Shown piece by piece: positions 56,499 to 64,000 of a stretch of 64,000 nucleotides of DNA. The first letter of the stretch is position 1. Each line of letters starts with the position of its first letter. The DNA is from a virus: IMG/VR virus record IMGVR_UViG_3300047444_000198, positions 1 through 64,000 of that record. One strand, 5' to 3'. Below the pieces are notes generated by a model. That model saw nothing but the letters and a program-made list of their open reading frames with translations, was not told the origin of the DNA and searched no databases. Made by a program: the position numbers and the translations under genes.

Positions 56499-57842
56499 GT
56501 GATTACCGACCACCTTCCCGATTGGATGAGCACCTACGTCAGCGAGACCGCTGCGGAGTTGCAAGTCCCGATCGATGCCGTTGCTCTGCTGAGCCTCGGC
56601 GCTCTGTCCGCTGCCGTGAACGGCGGCGCCACTTCGCTCCCGGTCGATTCCTGGGCCGAGCCGTGCGTGCTCTACACCGTCGCCCTGCTGGCGTCGGGCG
56701 AGGGCAAGTCCCCGGCCTTCACGAAGCTCTTGGAGCCTGTCGTGCGGGCGTTCGAGGAAGTCACTGGCGTGCACCAGGCCACCGATGCCAAGACGCAGAC
56801 GATCCGCAACCGGGTCAATCGCAAGCACATCAAGAAGGTCGAGAGCGATGCGCTGCGGGCCGTGGCCAAGGGTTCGATGAGCCTGGAAGAGGCCATCGGG
56901 GAAATCGCCGCCGCCGAGCGGGCCGTCGCCCTGTTCAACAACACCAACATCCCGCTAAAGGTCGTCACCGACGTGACGCCCGCTGGTCTGCTCGATGCCT
57001 TGCAGGACAACAACGGTCGCGTTGTGATCGCCAGCCCGGAGGCCGAGAGCCTGATGAGCTTCCGGGGAGGGTCCAAGGAGGCCATCCTTAAGGGCTTCGA
57101 TGGCGAGACCATGACACAGGGCCGTCGTGGTACCGGTGAGGTCACCATCGCCCGCCCGACCATCACGGCGATGCTGGCGATGCAGCCAGCCATCCTCGGG
57201 TCGCTGGGCGCCGACATGGTCAACCGTGGCGTGATGCCCCGGTTCCTGATCAGCTACCCGGAGTCCATGGTGGGCCACCGTGAGGCTCGCACCGTCCTGG
57301 TCTCGCCTGAGGCTGAGGCTGAGTACGAGGCCGAGATGACCAGGATCGTGACCGCCTACAGCGAGCCACGGCCGAAGCTCATCACCTGGGACCCCGCTGC
57401 CAAGCGTGAGATCGGCACCTGGCGGGTCGAGATCGAGCCGTTGCTGGCGCCGAACGGTCTCTTGGCGTCCATCGCCGCATGGGGTTCCAAGGTGCGTGGG
57501 GCGCACTTCGTTCGCCTGGCGGCGCTCCTGGGGATCGCCAACGGCCGGGACTTCGTCAACGTGGACGATTGCGTCCAGGCCAAGGCCATCCTGCGCTCGC
57601 TCATGATCGACGCGAAGCGGGCGTTCGGGGCCATGGGGGCGTCGTTCTCCGACGATGACGTGGTGCACCTGATGAGCATCGTGGAGCGCCTTCCGGAGCG
57701 CACGTTTGCCAAGCGCATGATCATGCGCCGGTCCAACAGGCTTAAGACGCCCGACCGGGCGGGCCAGGCTCTCGACAAGGCCGTGGAGGAAGGTCTGCTG
57801 ACCTACGACGAGGGCACCAAACAGTGGACCTACGTCGAGTAG
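56499..57842 (+). CDS. DUF3987/YfjI-like P-loop protein (helicase-like)
   Basis: LY.VAL.ASGEGKSP, DVTP.GL, QP..L, GVMPRFL, RLAALL. Confidence 0.85.
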   Translation: MITDHLPDWMSTYVSETAAELQVPIDAVALLSLGALSAAVNGGATSLPVDSWAEPCVLYTVALLASGEGKSPAFTKLLEPVVRAFEEVTGVHQATDAKTQTIRNRVNRKHIKKVESDALRAVAKGSMSLEEAIGEIAAAERAVALFNNTNIPLKVVTDVTPAGLLDALQDNNGRVVIASPEAESLMSFRGGSKEAILKGFDGETMTQGRRGTGEVTIARPTITAMLAMQPAILGSLGADMVNRGVMPRFLISYPESMVGHREARTVLVSPEAEAEYEAEMTRIVTAYSEPRPKLITWDPAAKREIGTWRVEIEPLLAPNGLLASIAAWGSKVRGAHFVRLAALLGIANGRDFVNVDDCVQAKAILRSLMIDAKRAFGAMGASFSDDDVVHLMSIVERLPERTFAKRMIMRRSNRLKTPDRAGQALDKAVEEGLLTYDEGTKQWTYVE

Positions 57843-57848
57843 ATCCGA

Positions 57849-57874
57849 AGGCCCGGGGCAAACGTCCCGGGCCT
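57849..57874. terminator. Stem-loop between convergent genes
   Basis: AGGCCCGGG-gcaaacgt-CCCGGGCCT. Confidence 0.55.
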
Positions 57875-57887
57875 GCTGCTGTCAGTG

Positions 57888-58163
57888 TCAGTGCCGGTGC
57901 CGACTGGTGTGACACCCACGGCACAGCGGTACCACGTCGTTCTCGTGGCCAGCGTCGTAGCCACGGTGGTGGTGCCACTGATCAGCAGGTTCCCAGCAGT
58001 CAACACAAGCGTGTAGCCGGACCGGAGGCCGACTCCGAGCTACACGCTTGTGGATGGCGTTCCGACGCCTGCGTTCTTGCTCGCTACCGGGGCCAGGCTC
58101 CTGCTCAGGCCAGTCCTGCCGACCCGTCCAAGAGGGGTCCAGAGGGTGCTCGACTACAGACAC
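57888..58163 (-). CDS. HNH-endonuclease-like zinc protein
   Basis: CVDC...WHHH.GY.....VVPLCRGCH..RH. Confidence 0.7.
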   Translation of the reverse strand: MSVVEHPLDPSWTGRQDWPEQEPGPGSEQERRRRNAIHKRVARSRPPVRLHACVDCWEPADQWHHHRGYDAGHENDVVPLCRGCHTSRHRH

Positions 58164-58187
58164 GTCCGGAACCTACCCCCAACGGAG

Positions 58188-59546
58188 CTAGTGGCTTGAC
58201 CATGGGGTTGGTGAGTCATCCGGGCTCAGGGTCCTCAGAACCTCGTCGCTAGAGACCGGGATGGGCAGTGCCCGAGCCGCCGTTCCAACGCCCTCACCGA
58301 ACAAACGGGACAGCACCCCACCGTTCGCCTTAGCCTCCATGGAGAACCTGAACGTGGCCGAGTCGTCCAGTATGTCCTTCATCTTCGCCATCATGGAGAA
58401 GAGCCTGTCCATCTCGGCCGAGAGCGCTGCGTCAACACCCTGGCCGTCTAGCTGCTCCCCGTACCGGGCGAAGGCCACACGCTGCATCTGCATCTCGATC
58501 CCGGCCTGACAGATGGCCTGGATCTGGTCCTTGGTCCGAGCCTCTACGGGGATGTTGAACGCGCACGTCGCATTCAACTGATGGGCGGGGCAGGTCGCTG
58601 CTAGATAGCACGTGTTGCACTGCCTGAACGACGTCCCCAAAGTGATGATCGTCTGCATGGTCTCAGTGCGCTGAACACCGTCGCCATCGGTCACCACGCG
58701 GTCGTTGTCCACCATCTCCAAGCCGGGGAGGAGGATCTGCGCTCGCCCTCCTCCGGGGCCGGGTTGGTGCCCGGTCGGTTGATCCACGAGAGCAAGCCGC
58801 CGCTCGCTCGATCCGGTTCCGTCCTGGTCGCTGTAGACCTCGTTGCTTGACAATGGGACCACCGTTCGGGGCGTGTAGCGCTCCTCCCACTCCTGCCAGG
58901 ACCGGATCGCCAGCCGCGACGTCTCCACCGGGTCATCCGCCAGCACCTGGCTGTAGTCCACTCCTAGCCGTTCAATGTCAGCCCGGTGCTTGGGCCGAGC
59001 CTCGGCCTTGCGGTTCCCGGCGTAGCGGTGCAGCTTGTTCCCCGCCCACACCTGGGTCTCCCCGAAGCGCTGGGCCATGAGCCAGGCATAGCTCACCACC
59101 ATGTCCAAGCGCTCCACGCCCTTGGTTGCTCCAGTGACGGCGCACAGGATGCTGGCCGTGTACTGGTTCATGATGCGCCGCAGCGTCACAGAGGCCTTCA
59201 CGGTGTCATCAGTGAGGCCGACGATGGGCCACACGTTCGGCTCGACACCCTCGCTCCAGAACGGTCCAAAGGCCGCTCCAGGCTCGAAGTGCTTGGCCCA
59301 CGTGATCGGCCCGAGCACCATGTAGGGCTGCTGCTCGATGAACGGCTCAGCCATCTCCCACGTGGTCTCCAAGTCGGCGTAGACGATCCAGAGCGCCCCG
59401 TCCGGCAGGTGGCTGTCCACGTCGAAGTTCTTGCTGGCGATCCGGTCCAGGTTGGTGAGGTTGAGCGCGAAGCGCTCGACACCACACTCGATCAACAGGT
59501 TCCGGTGGCTGGGCTGCTCAGCGCCTGCAAAGAAGAGCTTGGTCAC
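58188..59546 (-). CDS. Conserved hypothetical protein with C-terminal CxxC-x5-C-x8-C module
   Basis: MTKLFFAGAE N-terminus; RQCNTCYLAATCP...TCAF; GGVLSRLFG; leaderless TAGCCT, 7 nt, GTG. Confidence 0.65.
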   Translation of the reverse strand: MTKLFFAGAEQPSHRNLLIECGVERFALNLTNLDRIASKNFDVDSHLPDGALWIVYADLETTWEMAEPFIEQQPYMVLGPITWAKHFEPGAAFGPFWSEGVEPNVWPIVGLTDDTVKASVTLRRIMNQYTASILCAVTGATKGVERLDMVVSYAWLMAQRFGETQVWAGNKLHRYAGNRKAEARPKHRADIERLGVDYSQVLADDPVETSRLAIRSWQEWEERYTPRTVVPLSSNEVYSDQDGTGSSERRLALVDQPTGHQPGPGGGRAQILLPGLEMVDNDRVVTDGDGVQRTETMQTIITLGTSFRQCNTCYLAATCPAHQLNATCAFNIPVEARTKDQIQAICQAGIEMQMQRVAFARYGEQLDGQGVDAALSAEMDRLFSMMAKMKDILDDSATFRFSMEAKANGGVLSRLFGEGVGTAARALPIPVSSDEVLRTLSPDDSPTPWSSH

Positions 59547-59561
59547 ACAACAGAGGCTACG

Positions 59562-59633
59562 TCAGCGCCGCAACAGCAGTACCACGACCACGATGACGAT
59601 GATCAGGATGATGAGACCGCTGCCGATGTACAT
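59562..59633 (-). CDS. 23-aa membrane peptide (not in the ORF track)
   Basis: MYIGSGLIILIIVIVVVVLLLRR; ATG overlaps the upstream TGA. Confidence 0.6.
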   Translation of the reverse strand: MYIGSGLIILIIVIVVVVLLLRR

Positions 59634-60397
59634 CAGCCGAGCATGGTTCCCTGGTTGGGGTTGAACGATGAACGACGGCCCCGTACCGAGCGCGTGGACG
59701 GCAGCGGCGCTCCAACACGAGGGATCATGTCCTCCCCCGTGCCGGGAAGCACCGGAGTGGATGAGGCCTCGATGATGGGTCCCTGGGGCCTGGGCGTGGG
59801 TGCTGGGCCACCAGGACGGGCGGTAGCCGGTCCAAGGGCACCGATGGCCTGGTTGCCGGAGTCCAGAGCGGGCGTACGTGCCGGTCCTAGCTCCGTCATG
59901 GGGCCAGCGGGCATCGGGTACCCGGGACCGCTCGTTGAGAAGCCCTGGTAGGCCTGTGGCGCCCCTGCGCCGAGCGCCTTCATGCCCTGGGGCACCTCCA
60001 AGGGCGGTAGGCCCTCTTCCTCGCCTCCACGCCGGGAAGCCATGAAGTTGCTGATCCGCCGCCCACCCTCGCGGAGATCCTTACCCACACCGGACCAGTC
60101 GCCCGATGAACCGCCCCAGGGCCGCAGGTGGGGCTGCTGCCCGGGCTGCTGTGTGGGGCTGGACACGTGGTGGCCCTGCTTGACCTTGCCGTAGAGCGAG
60201 CCAGCGTCGGTGTAGTTGTGTGACGACGACGGGCCGAACCGAGCGCCCGAGAGCACGCTGTGATGCGAACCGCCACCACCCTGGTAGCCGTGGAGCGCCA
60301 TCGTGTCCATCCCGGCGAACTGCCCGAGCGAAGCCAAGTGCCGAGCCTGAGTCGCCCCCGCCCCGTACCCGTAGCCCCGCATCACCGGGAGTGCCAT
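59633..60397 (-). CDS. Gly/Pro-rich disordered protein
   Basis: GGAGG before ATG 60397. Confidence 0.6.
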   Translation of the reverse strand: MALPVMRGYGYGAGATQARHLASLGQFAGMDTMALHGYQGGGGSHHSVLSGARFGPSSSHNYTDAGSLYGKVKQGHHVSSPTQQPGQQPHLRPWGGSSGDWSGVGKDLREGGRRISNFMASRRGGEEEGLPPLEVPQGMKALGAGAPQAYQGFSTSGPGYPMPAGPMTELGPARTPALDSGNQAIGALGPATARPGGPAPTPRPQGPIIEASSTPVLPGTGEDMIPRVGAPLPSTRSVRGRRSSFNPNQGTMLG

Positions 60398-60399
60398 GG

Positions 60400-60708
60400 C
60401 TAGCCTCCGCTCCGTTGACGCAACATGCGCTGCTTGGCGGCACTGGCGTGACCGTGGGTCGCACCGTGGGAGCCTCGGGTGCCGTGTGAGCCCTGCGAGC
60501 CCGACGACGAGAGGTTCGACCCGGCCACCCTCCAACGAGGTCGTGGGTCGGCGCCCGGTGTTGACATACACACCGCCGTCTTCAACGAGCCTCGCGTCAA
60601 CGCGGGCTTCTCACCCGCACCGCAGATACCACCGCCCCGGACGACCTTGATGCGCTTGCCTCCAACCATCTGGGAGTCATCCTGCTCATCACGCTTGGCC
60701 GGGACCAT
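60400..60708 (-). CDS. Hypothetical protein
   Basis: Tiles between flanking minus-strand genes; GSH repeats. Confidence 0.45.
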   Translation of the reverse strand: MVPAKRDEQDDSQMVGGKRIKVVRGGGICGAGEKPALTRGSLKTAVCMSTPGADPRPRWRVAGSNLSSSGSQGSHGTRGSHGATHGHASAAKQRMLRQRSGG

Positions 60709-60806
60709 GTCAGGTACTGTACTCCGTGCTCAGAGACGTGCTCACTCTTGCCCTCTTGGTGGTGCTGTTCGCCCTGGTAGGGCTGTGGGTCACCCATGTT
60801 GACTGG

Positions 60807-61313
60807 TCAGGCGTCATCAATGGACCAGCCCCCACCACTACGACTACCGACCTCGTCCACCTGGACGCCGTTCGTCCGGTCATGCTGAGCCTGCTGCAAG
60901 GCCACCAGACGCTCCCAGGCTCGTGGTGGACCGTTCGATGGCAGCCAAGCGGGCCGTAGCATGTGATGAGTCAACAGCAGGCTCGACACCCCCATGCTGT
61001 ACACCTGGCGCACCGCGTCAGGGTCCACGTCCAGGTACAGCCCGACCGGCCAACCGGTTCCAAGGGCTTCTCGGACCTGCGAGACCTTCCAAGAGACATC
61101 GGTCAGCACACTGTCGCCCTTGTCCAGCAGAATCTCGTAGCGCACCGTGTTCGAGCGCATGATGCGCTGAGCTTCTTCTCGGGGACTGGTCGTGAGCACA
61201 ACAGTGCGGAACTCCGTCGCCAGGCCCCGGTACATGGCCAGGTGCCGGTCGATCTTGTTGTCCTCGATCGACAGCACCCCCTCCAAGGCGATCATCAGCG
61301 ACTCACCCGCCAT
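60807..61313 (-). CDS. HAD-fold (PNKP-phosphatase-like) protein, motif I degenerate
   Basis: IALEGVL in place of DxDGTL, VVLTT, K, LYLDVD. Confidence 0.55.
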   Translation of the reverse strand: MAGESLMIALEGVLSIEDNKIDRHLAMYRGLATEFRTVVLTTSPREEAQRIMRSNTVRYEILLDKGDSVLTDVSWKVSQVREALGTGWPVGLYLDVDPDAVRQVYSMGVSSLLLTHHMLRPAWLPSNGPPRAWERLVALQQAQHDRTNGVQVDEVGSRSGGGWSIDDA

Positions 61314-61720
61314 CAGATGCGCCTCGGTCGTCGGCCCCCTACGGCCTTGCTCCACGCATCACCTGCGTCAGTGCGCTGCGGCGAATGCTTGGGGGCGGGC
61401 ACCCCTCGGGTCTCACCAGCGATCTCGTGCCCTTGACTCCAAAGGGACGAAGCTACGCCCTGGCGCTGGAACTGCTTTGAGGTGTACACGCCGATGATCT
61501 CACCGGTCTTGTGGTGCCAAGACATTGACCCCATGGGTCGGTGACCGGGATCAACGTAGGACCCCTCCCACCTCCGTCGTTCCGATGGGTGCTCCTGCGC
61601 CCATGATGAGTCAGCATGCTCAGGCTCCCATGCCTCGATGGTGTGCACCGAGAGACCACCCATCGACTTGGGGTTGGCCGGATGGAACACCGTGGTGAAC
61701 TGGGTGCCCTTGGTCTGCAT
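61313..61720 (-). CDS. GNAT-family acetyltransferase-like protein
   Basis: VYTSKQFQRQGVASSLW; PKHSPQRTDAGDAW shared with 2966..3415. Confidence 0.72.
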   Translation of the reverse strand: MQTKGTQFTTVFHPANPKSMGGLSVHTIEAWEPEHADSSWAQEHPSERRRWEGSYVDPGHRPMGSMSWHHKTGEIIGVYTSKQFQRQGVASSLWSQGHEIAGETRGVPAPKHSPQRTDAGDAWSKAVGGRRPRRI

Positions 61721-61981
61721 CTAGACCTGCCGAAGTCGGTGCACCGGCTCCACAGTGGTACCAGTCGGTCCCGGCCTCCAAGACACGTTGACGTGCGTGC
61801 CCCCGGAGTGCTGGGCCACCACCTTGCCCACCTTGCCAGTCTCACCGTGCTCGACCATGGTGCCGGTGGGATGCTCCGGCGCTCCCATGGTGGTCGAGAA
61901 GCGCGCCATCACGGCATCGAACTGCTTGGGGTTCAGGTGACCGGCCTTGCCTAGCTCCCGAAGCGGCTTGAGATTCGGCAT
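61721..61981 (-). CDS. Small SH3-like hypothetical protein
   Basis: ATG 61981; HLNPKQF followed by a beta-rich G..GKVV..VNVSW segment. Confidence 0.55.
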   Translation of the reverse strand: MPNLKPLRELGKAGHLNPKQFDAVMARFSTTMGAPEHPTGTMVEHGETGKVGKVVAQHSGGTHVNVSWRPGPTGTTVEPVHRLRQV

Positions 61982-62238
61982 CACACCACCACCCATGTTG
62001 TGCCGTTCCACCACGCGTTGCCATCGGTGAGAGGTACGGCGTTGGTCACTGAGCCCCAGGTCGTGGCCGGACTGGCGGTGATGCCCGTACCCGTGCCGAA
62101 CTGGGCTTTGGAGGGCACCACACGACCAGCCGGGGTGAACGTGCCGGGGGTACCCATGGTCGCCCCGGTCGGACGATAGGCCGTGTCCGTCCACGTGGGA
62201 GCGTTCATCCACCCGCCACCTGTGAACGCCGAGACCAT
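61981..62238 (-). CDS. Small virion decoration-like protein
   Basis: TGATMGTPGTFTPAG...ASPATTW...WWNGTTW motif, recalled from actinophage structural proteins. Confidence 0.55.
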   Translation of the reverse strand: MVSAFTGGGWMNAPTWTDTAYRPTGATMGTPGTFTPAGRVVPSKAQFGTGTGITASPATTWGSVTNAVPLTDGNAWWNGTTWVVV

Positions 62239-62882
62239 CAGTGCCCGCCTCGTAGCTTCCGGATGGCCTGTTGTTGAGCCAACGCTTCACGCTGACGCTG
62301 GCGCTGCTTCACCTTCAAGCCGTCCTCGTCGTAGTCGCCACGCTTCATCCGGATCTGCGGGATCACGTAGCTGTGCACGAACGGGCACAGGTGGCACAGG
62401 TACATGCGGTCGTTGGGGGCCATGCCCTTCTGGGACTCGTGGTCTCCAACCATCTTGGACTCGCTGAAGACGTCCATGCACCGGTCCGTGGGCCGGTGGT
62501 GCTCGTTGAAGCACGCCATCGCGTCGTCCTTCAACTGGTCCCGCTCGTCGTACATCAAGCCGTGGGAGTCCTTGAGTCCGGTCTGGATCTGCTTGATGAT
62601 GTCGGTGGCCTCCCACGTGAGCTTGTCGATGAAGGCCAGGTCCCACTTCTCCAAGTCAGGGATGTGGATGTCGTCATGGGCGTGACGGCTGACCCAGTCC
62701 TCCAAGGCCGGGTCCCACTTGTGCACCATCGTGGGCATGCCCTTGTCGTCGCGGTAGGTCATGTCAACCTCACGCCCGTCCTCCATCCAGGCAACACGAG
62801 CCGGTACCAAAGGCGCGCTGGCGGGGGGATCAGGAAGGCGGGTGAGCGTCCGGCAGATGTGACAGGTAGCTAGGCGAGGCAT
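62238..62882 (-). CDS. Conserved Cys-rich hypothetical protein
   Basis: RLATCHICRT...DAM.CF..H.RP..C...YLCHLCP. Confidence 0.65.
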   Translation of the reverse strand: MPRLATCHICRTLTRLPDPPASAPLVPARVAWMEDGREVDMTYRDDKGMPTMVHKWDPALEDWVSRHAHDDIHIPDLEKWDLAFIDKLTWEATDIIKQIQTGLKDSHGLMYDERDQLKDDAMACFNEHHRPTDRCMDVFSESKMVGDHESQKGMAPNDRMYLCHLCPFVHSYVIPQIRMKRGDYDEDGLKVKQRQRQREALAQQQAIRKLRGGH

Positions 62883-63496
62883 CAATCCCACTTCTCCAAG
62901 GAGCGCACCTTGTCACGATAGGTGGGTGGTGCGTCAACAGCGTCCGGGTGCGAGAACCGCTCCGTATGTGCTACCACACGGTCCCACGGGATCTGACTGC
63001 GGGTGCGGGCGTAGGGGTCCACGTTGGACTGGAACCAGTTGTCCCCCTGGTGCACGGCCATCTTGACGATGCGACCCCCGCCGACCACACGGCGGGGCAT
63101 GTAGCTGTGCGCCGTCGCCGCCTCGACTCCGGCGTTGGTGCCCTCCCAGCCTGGCTCGATGGCACCCCGCTCGTCGGACTGGACGTAGCCCCGGCTCTTG
63201 GCCTGTTGGAACTCGTCCTCGCTCATGCCCCGGAACACGTGCGTGACATGCCCCGGCAGCGGCGACTCCTTAGGGCCACTGCCACTGACGCCCACGTCCC
63301 TGATCCCCGGCAGCCATGATGACTCACCAAGCTGCTTGATGAGCCGCTGACGCTTGAGTGAGGAGAACGCATGATCAAGGTCACTCGCCTGCATGCGAGT
63401 GTTCAACCAGTCGGGCGCGTCAGTGTCAACAGGAGTCGAGTGAGGACCCGACTCGATGCCGGGGAAGTCCCGAAGCTGCGTGCCCTTGGGCTGCAT
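62882..63496 (-). CDS. Putative ADP-ribosyltransferase-fold protein
   Basis: HVFRGMS..EF...GY..S...GT.....TA.SY...IVK...IPWDRV pattern. Confidence 0.5.
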   Translation of the reverse strand: MQPKGTQLRDFPGIESGPHSTPVDTDAPDWLNTRMQASDLDHAFSSLKRQRLIKQLGESSWLPGIRDVGVSGSGPKESPLPGHVTHVFRGMSEDEFQQAKSRGYVQSDERGAIEPGWEGTNAGVEAATAHSYMPRRVVGGGRIVKMAVHQGDNWFQSNVDPYARTRSQIPWDRVVAHTERFSHPDAVDAPPTYRDKVRSLEKWD

Positions 63497-63783
63497 CAGT
63501 CATAGCCCTCACGGTTGAGCGTGCGCCCCTCGTTGATGGCGTCGTCGTCCATGTAAGCCCGATAGTTGCCCGCCGCCTTCCGCGCCGCAAAGCTCGCCTC
63601 CAAGCGAGCATGGGTGTCTTTGCTGGCCTGGCTCCTGGGATCAGCAGCGGACTCCCGATCGGCCTGGTTGTGTACGAGCACAGAGCCGGGACCGAACGGG
63701 GTGCCCAAGTCCGAGGGGCGTCCCACCTTGCGGGCCGGATGGTCAGCCTTGTTCTCGGGGGGAGGTGAACCGTGTCCGGCCAT
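63496..63783 (-). CDS. Hypothetical protein with HPxRKV motif
   Basis: TGATG-coupled on both sides. Confidence 0.55.
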   Translation of the reverse strand: MAGHGSPPPENKADHPARKVGRPSDLGTPFGPGSVLVHNQADRESAADPRSQASKDTHARLEASFAARKAAGNYRAYMDDDAINEGRTLNREGYD

Positions 63784-64000
63784 CACTCACTCTGCCCATG
63801 CCAAGAGCGCACTGCTCGACGTGGCACTTCCTGCCGAGTGGGGTAGGGAGCCACATCACCAGCCGTGAAGTGCTCCCGAGCCCGTTCACCAGTGAGATCG
63901 CCAGCCCCGGCGATCGCCTTCCAATGAGCGACAGAATCCCTCGTCATCGACGCCTGATCAACCTTGCGGCCAGGGTGGTTGGCCTTGTCTGGCGCTGGCG
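63783..64000 (-). CDS. Partial hypothetical protein with HPxRKV motif
   Basis: Manual translation PAPDKANHPGRKVDQ...WHGQSE*. Confidence 0.5.
   Translation of the reverse strand, partial: PAPDKANHPGRKVDQASMTRDSVAHWKAIAGAGDLTGERAREHFTAGDVAPYPTRQEVPRRAVRSWHGQSE

Larger units (their letters stand above)
8963..57893. repeat. Dispersed 13-bp motif CACTGACACTGAC / GTCAGTGTCAGTG, 22 exact copies
   Basis: CACTGACACTGAC on + at 8963, 12356, 22204, 26156, 28826, 31147, 40669, 55176. GTCAGTGTCAGTG on + at 11584, 17496, 21632, 31393, 35453, 40551, 43779, 44631, 45424, 46575, 47939, 50121, 56264, 57881. Confidence 0.92.
3577..61763. repeat. Dispersed palindrome TGGTACCA, at least 15 copies
   Basis: 3577, 4818, 10967, 11072, 11896, 26263, 29629, 34254, 36649, 40477, 40537, 48164, 52163, 56433, 61756, plus many YGGTACCR variants. 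Confidence 0.75.

Noticed and set aside
60515-60545. GGTTCGACCC as a tRNA T-loop
   Set aside because: The flanks do not form a T-stem or acceptor stem, and it lies within a plausible CDS.
60726-60959. Plus-strand membrane ORF MLRDVLTLALLVVLF...
   Set aside because: It overlaps the 3' end of the HAD-like gene in an otherwise minus-strand block. It cannot be excluded but is unsupported.
1-64000. Prophage or integration module, reverse transcriptase/DGR, DNA polymerase, introns or inteins
   Set aside because: No integrase, RT, polymerase or splicing motifs were recognised, and no host genes flank the phage genes in this window.

Overview
A 64-kb slice of a large, high-GC, contractile-tailed (myovirus-type) actinobacteriophage, resembling Bxz1/Myrna/E3-like phages in gene content. 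1-19.3 kb (minus strand) is the virion operon: tail sheath (partial), neck and fibre genes, N4-gp56-type major capsid protein, scaffold, portal and large terminase. 19.3-35 kb holds tRNA-Pro(GGG), two WhiB proteins, a KTSC protein, a transglycosylase, four ribbon-helix-helix proteins and many small ORFs. A hairpin-rich non-coding gap lies at 35.0-35.45 kb. 35.5-58 kb is an early-type region with a SNF2 helicase, DUF6011 protein, two LPXTG proteins, a clan GH-A hydrolase, Ku, an AAA/vWA pair and DUF3987. 58-64 kb is a second late-type cluster with GNAT- and ART-like genes. The most unusual content is non-coding. (i) About 22 copies of a modular promoter cassette (dyad, GTTGASTCAAC palindrome, TANNNT, mostly leaderless start) divide 37-56.5 kb into small units. 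(ii) Three motifs are over-represented across the window and are written even into coding DNA: CACTGACACTGAC, TGASTCA and TGGTACCA. (iii) Several structured-RNA candidates sit next to the 13-mer, including a 55-nt tRNA-Ala/tmRNA-like mini-RNA. (iv) Late-region enzymes share short N-terminal tags that suggest capsid-packaged cargo. All family calls come from motif recognition by eye, with no database searches. Motif counts are manual minimums.
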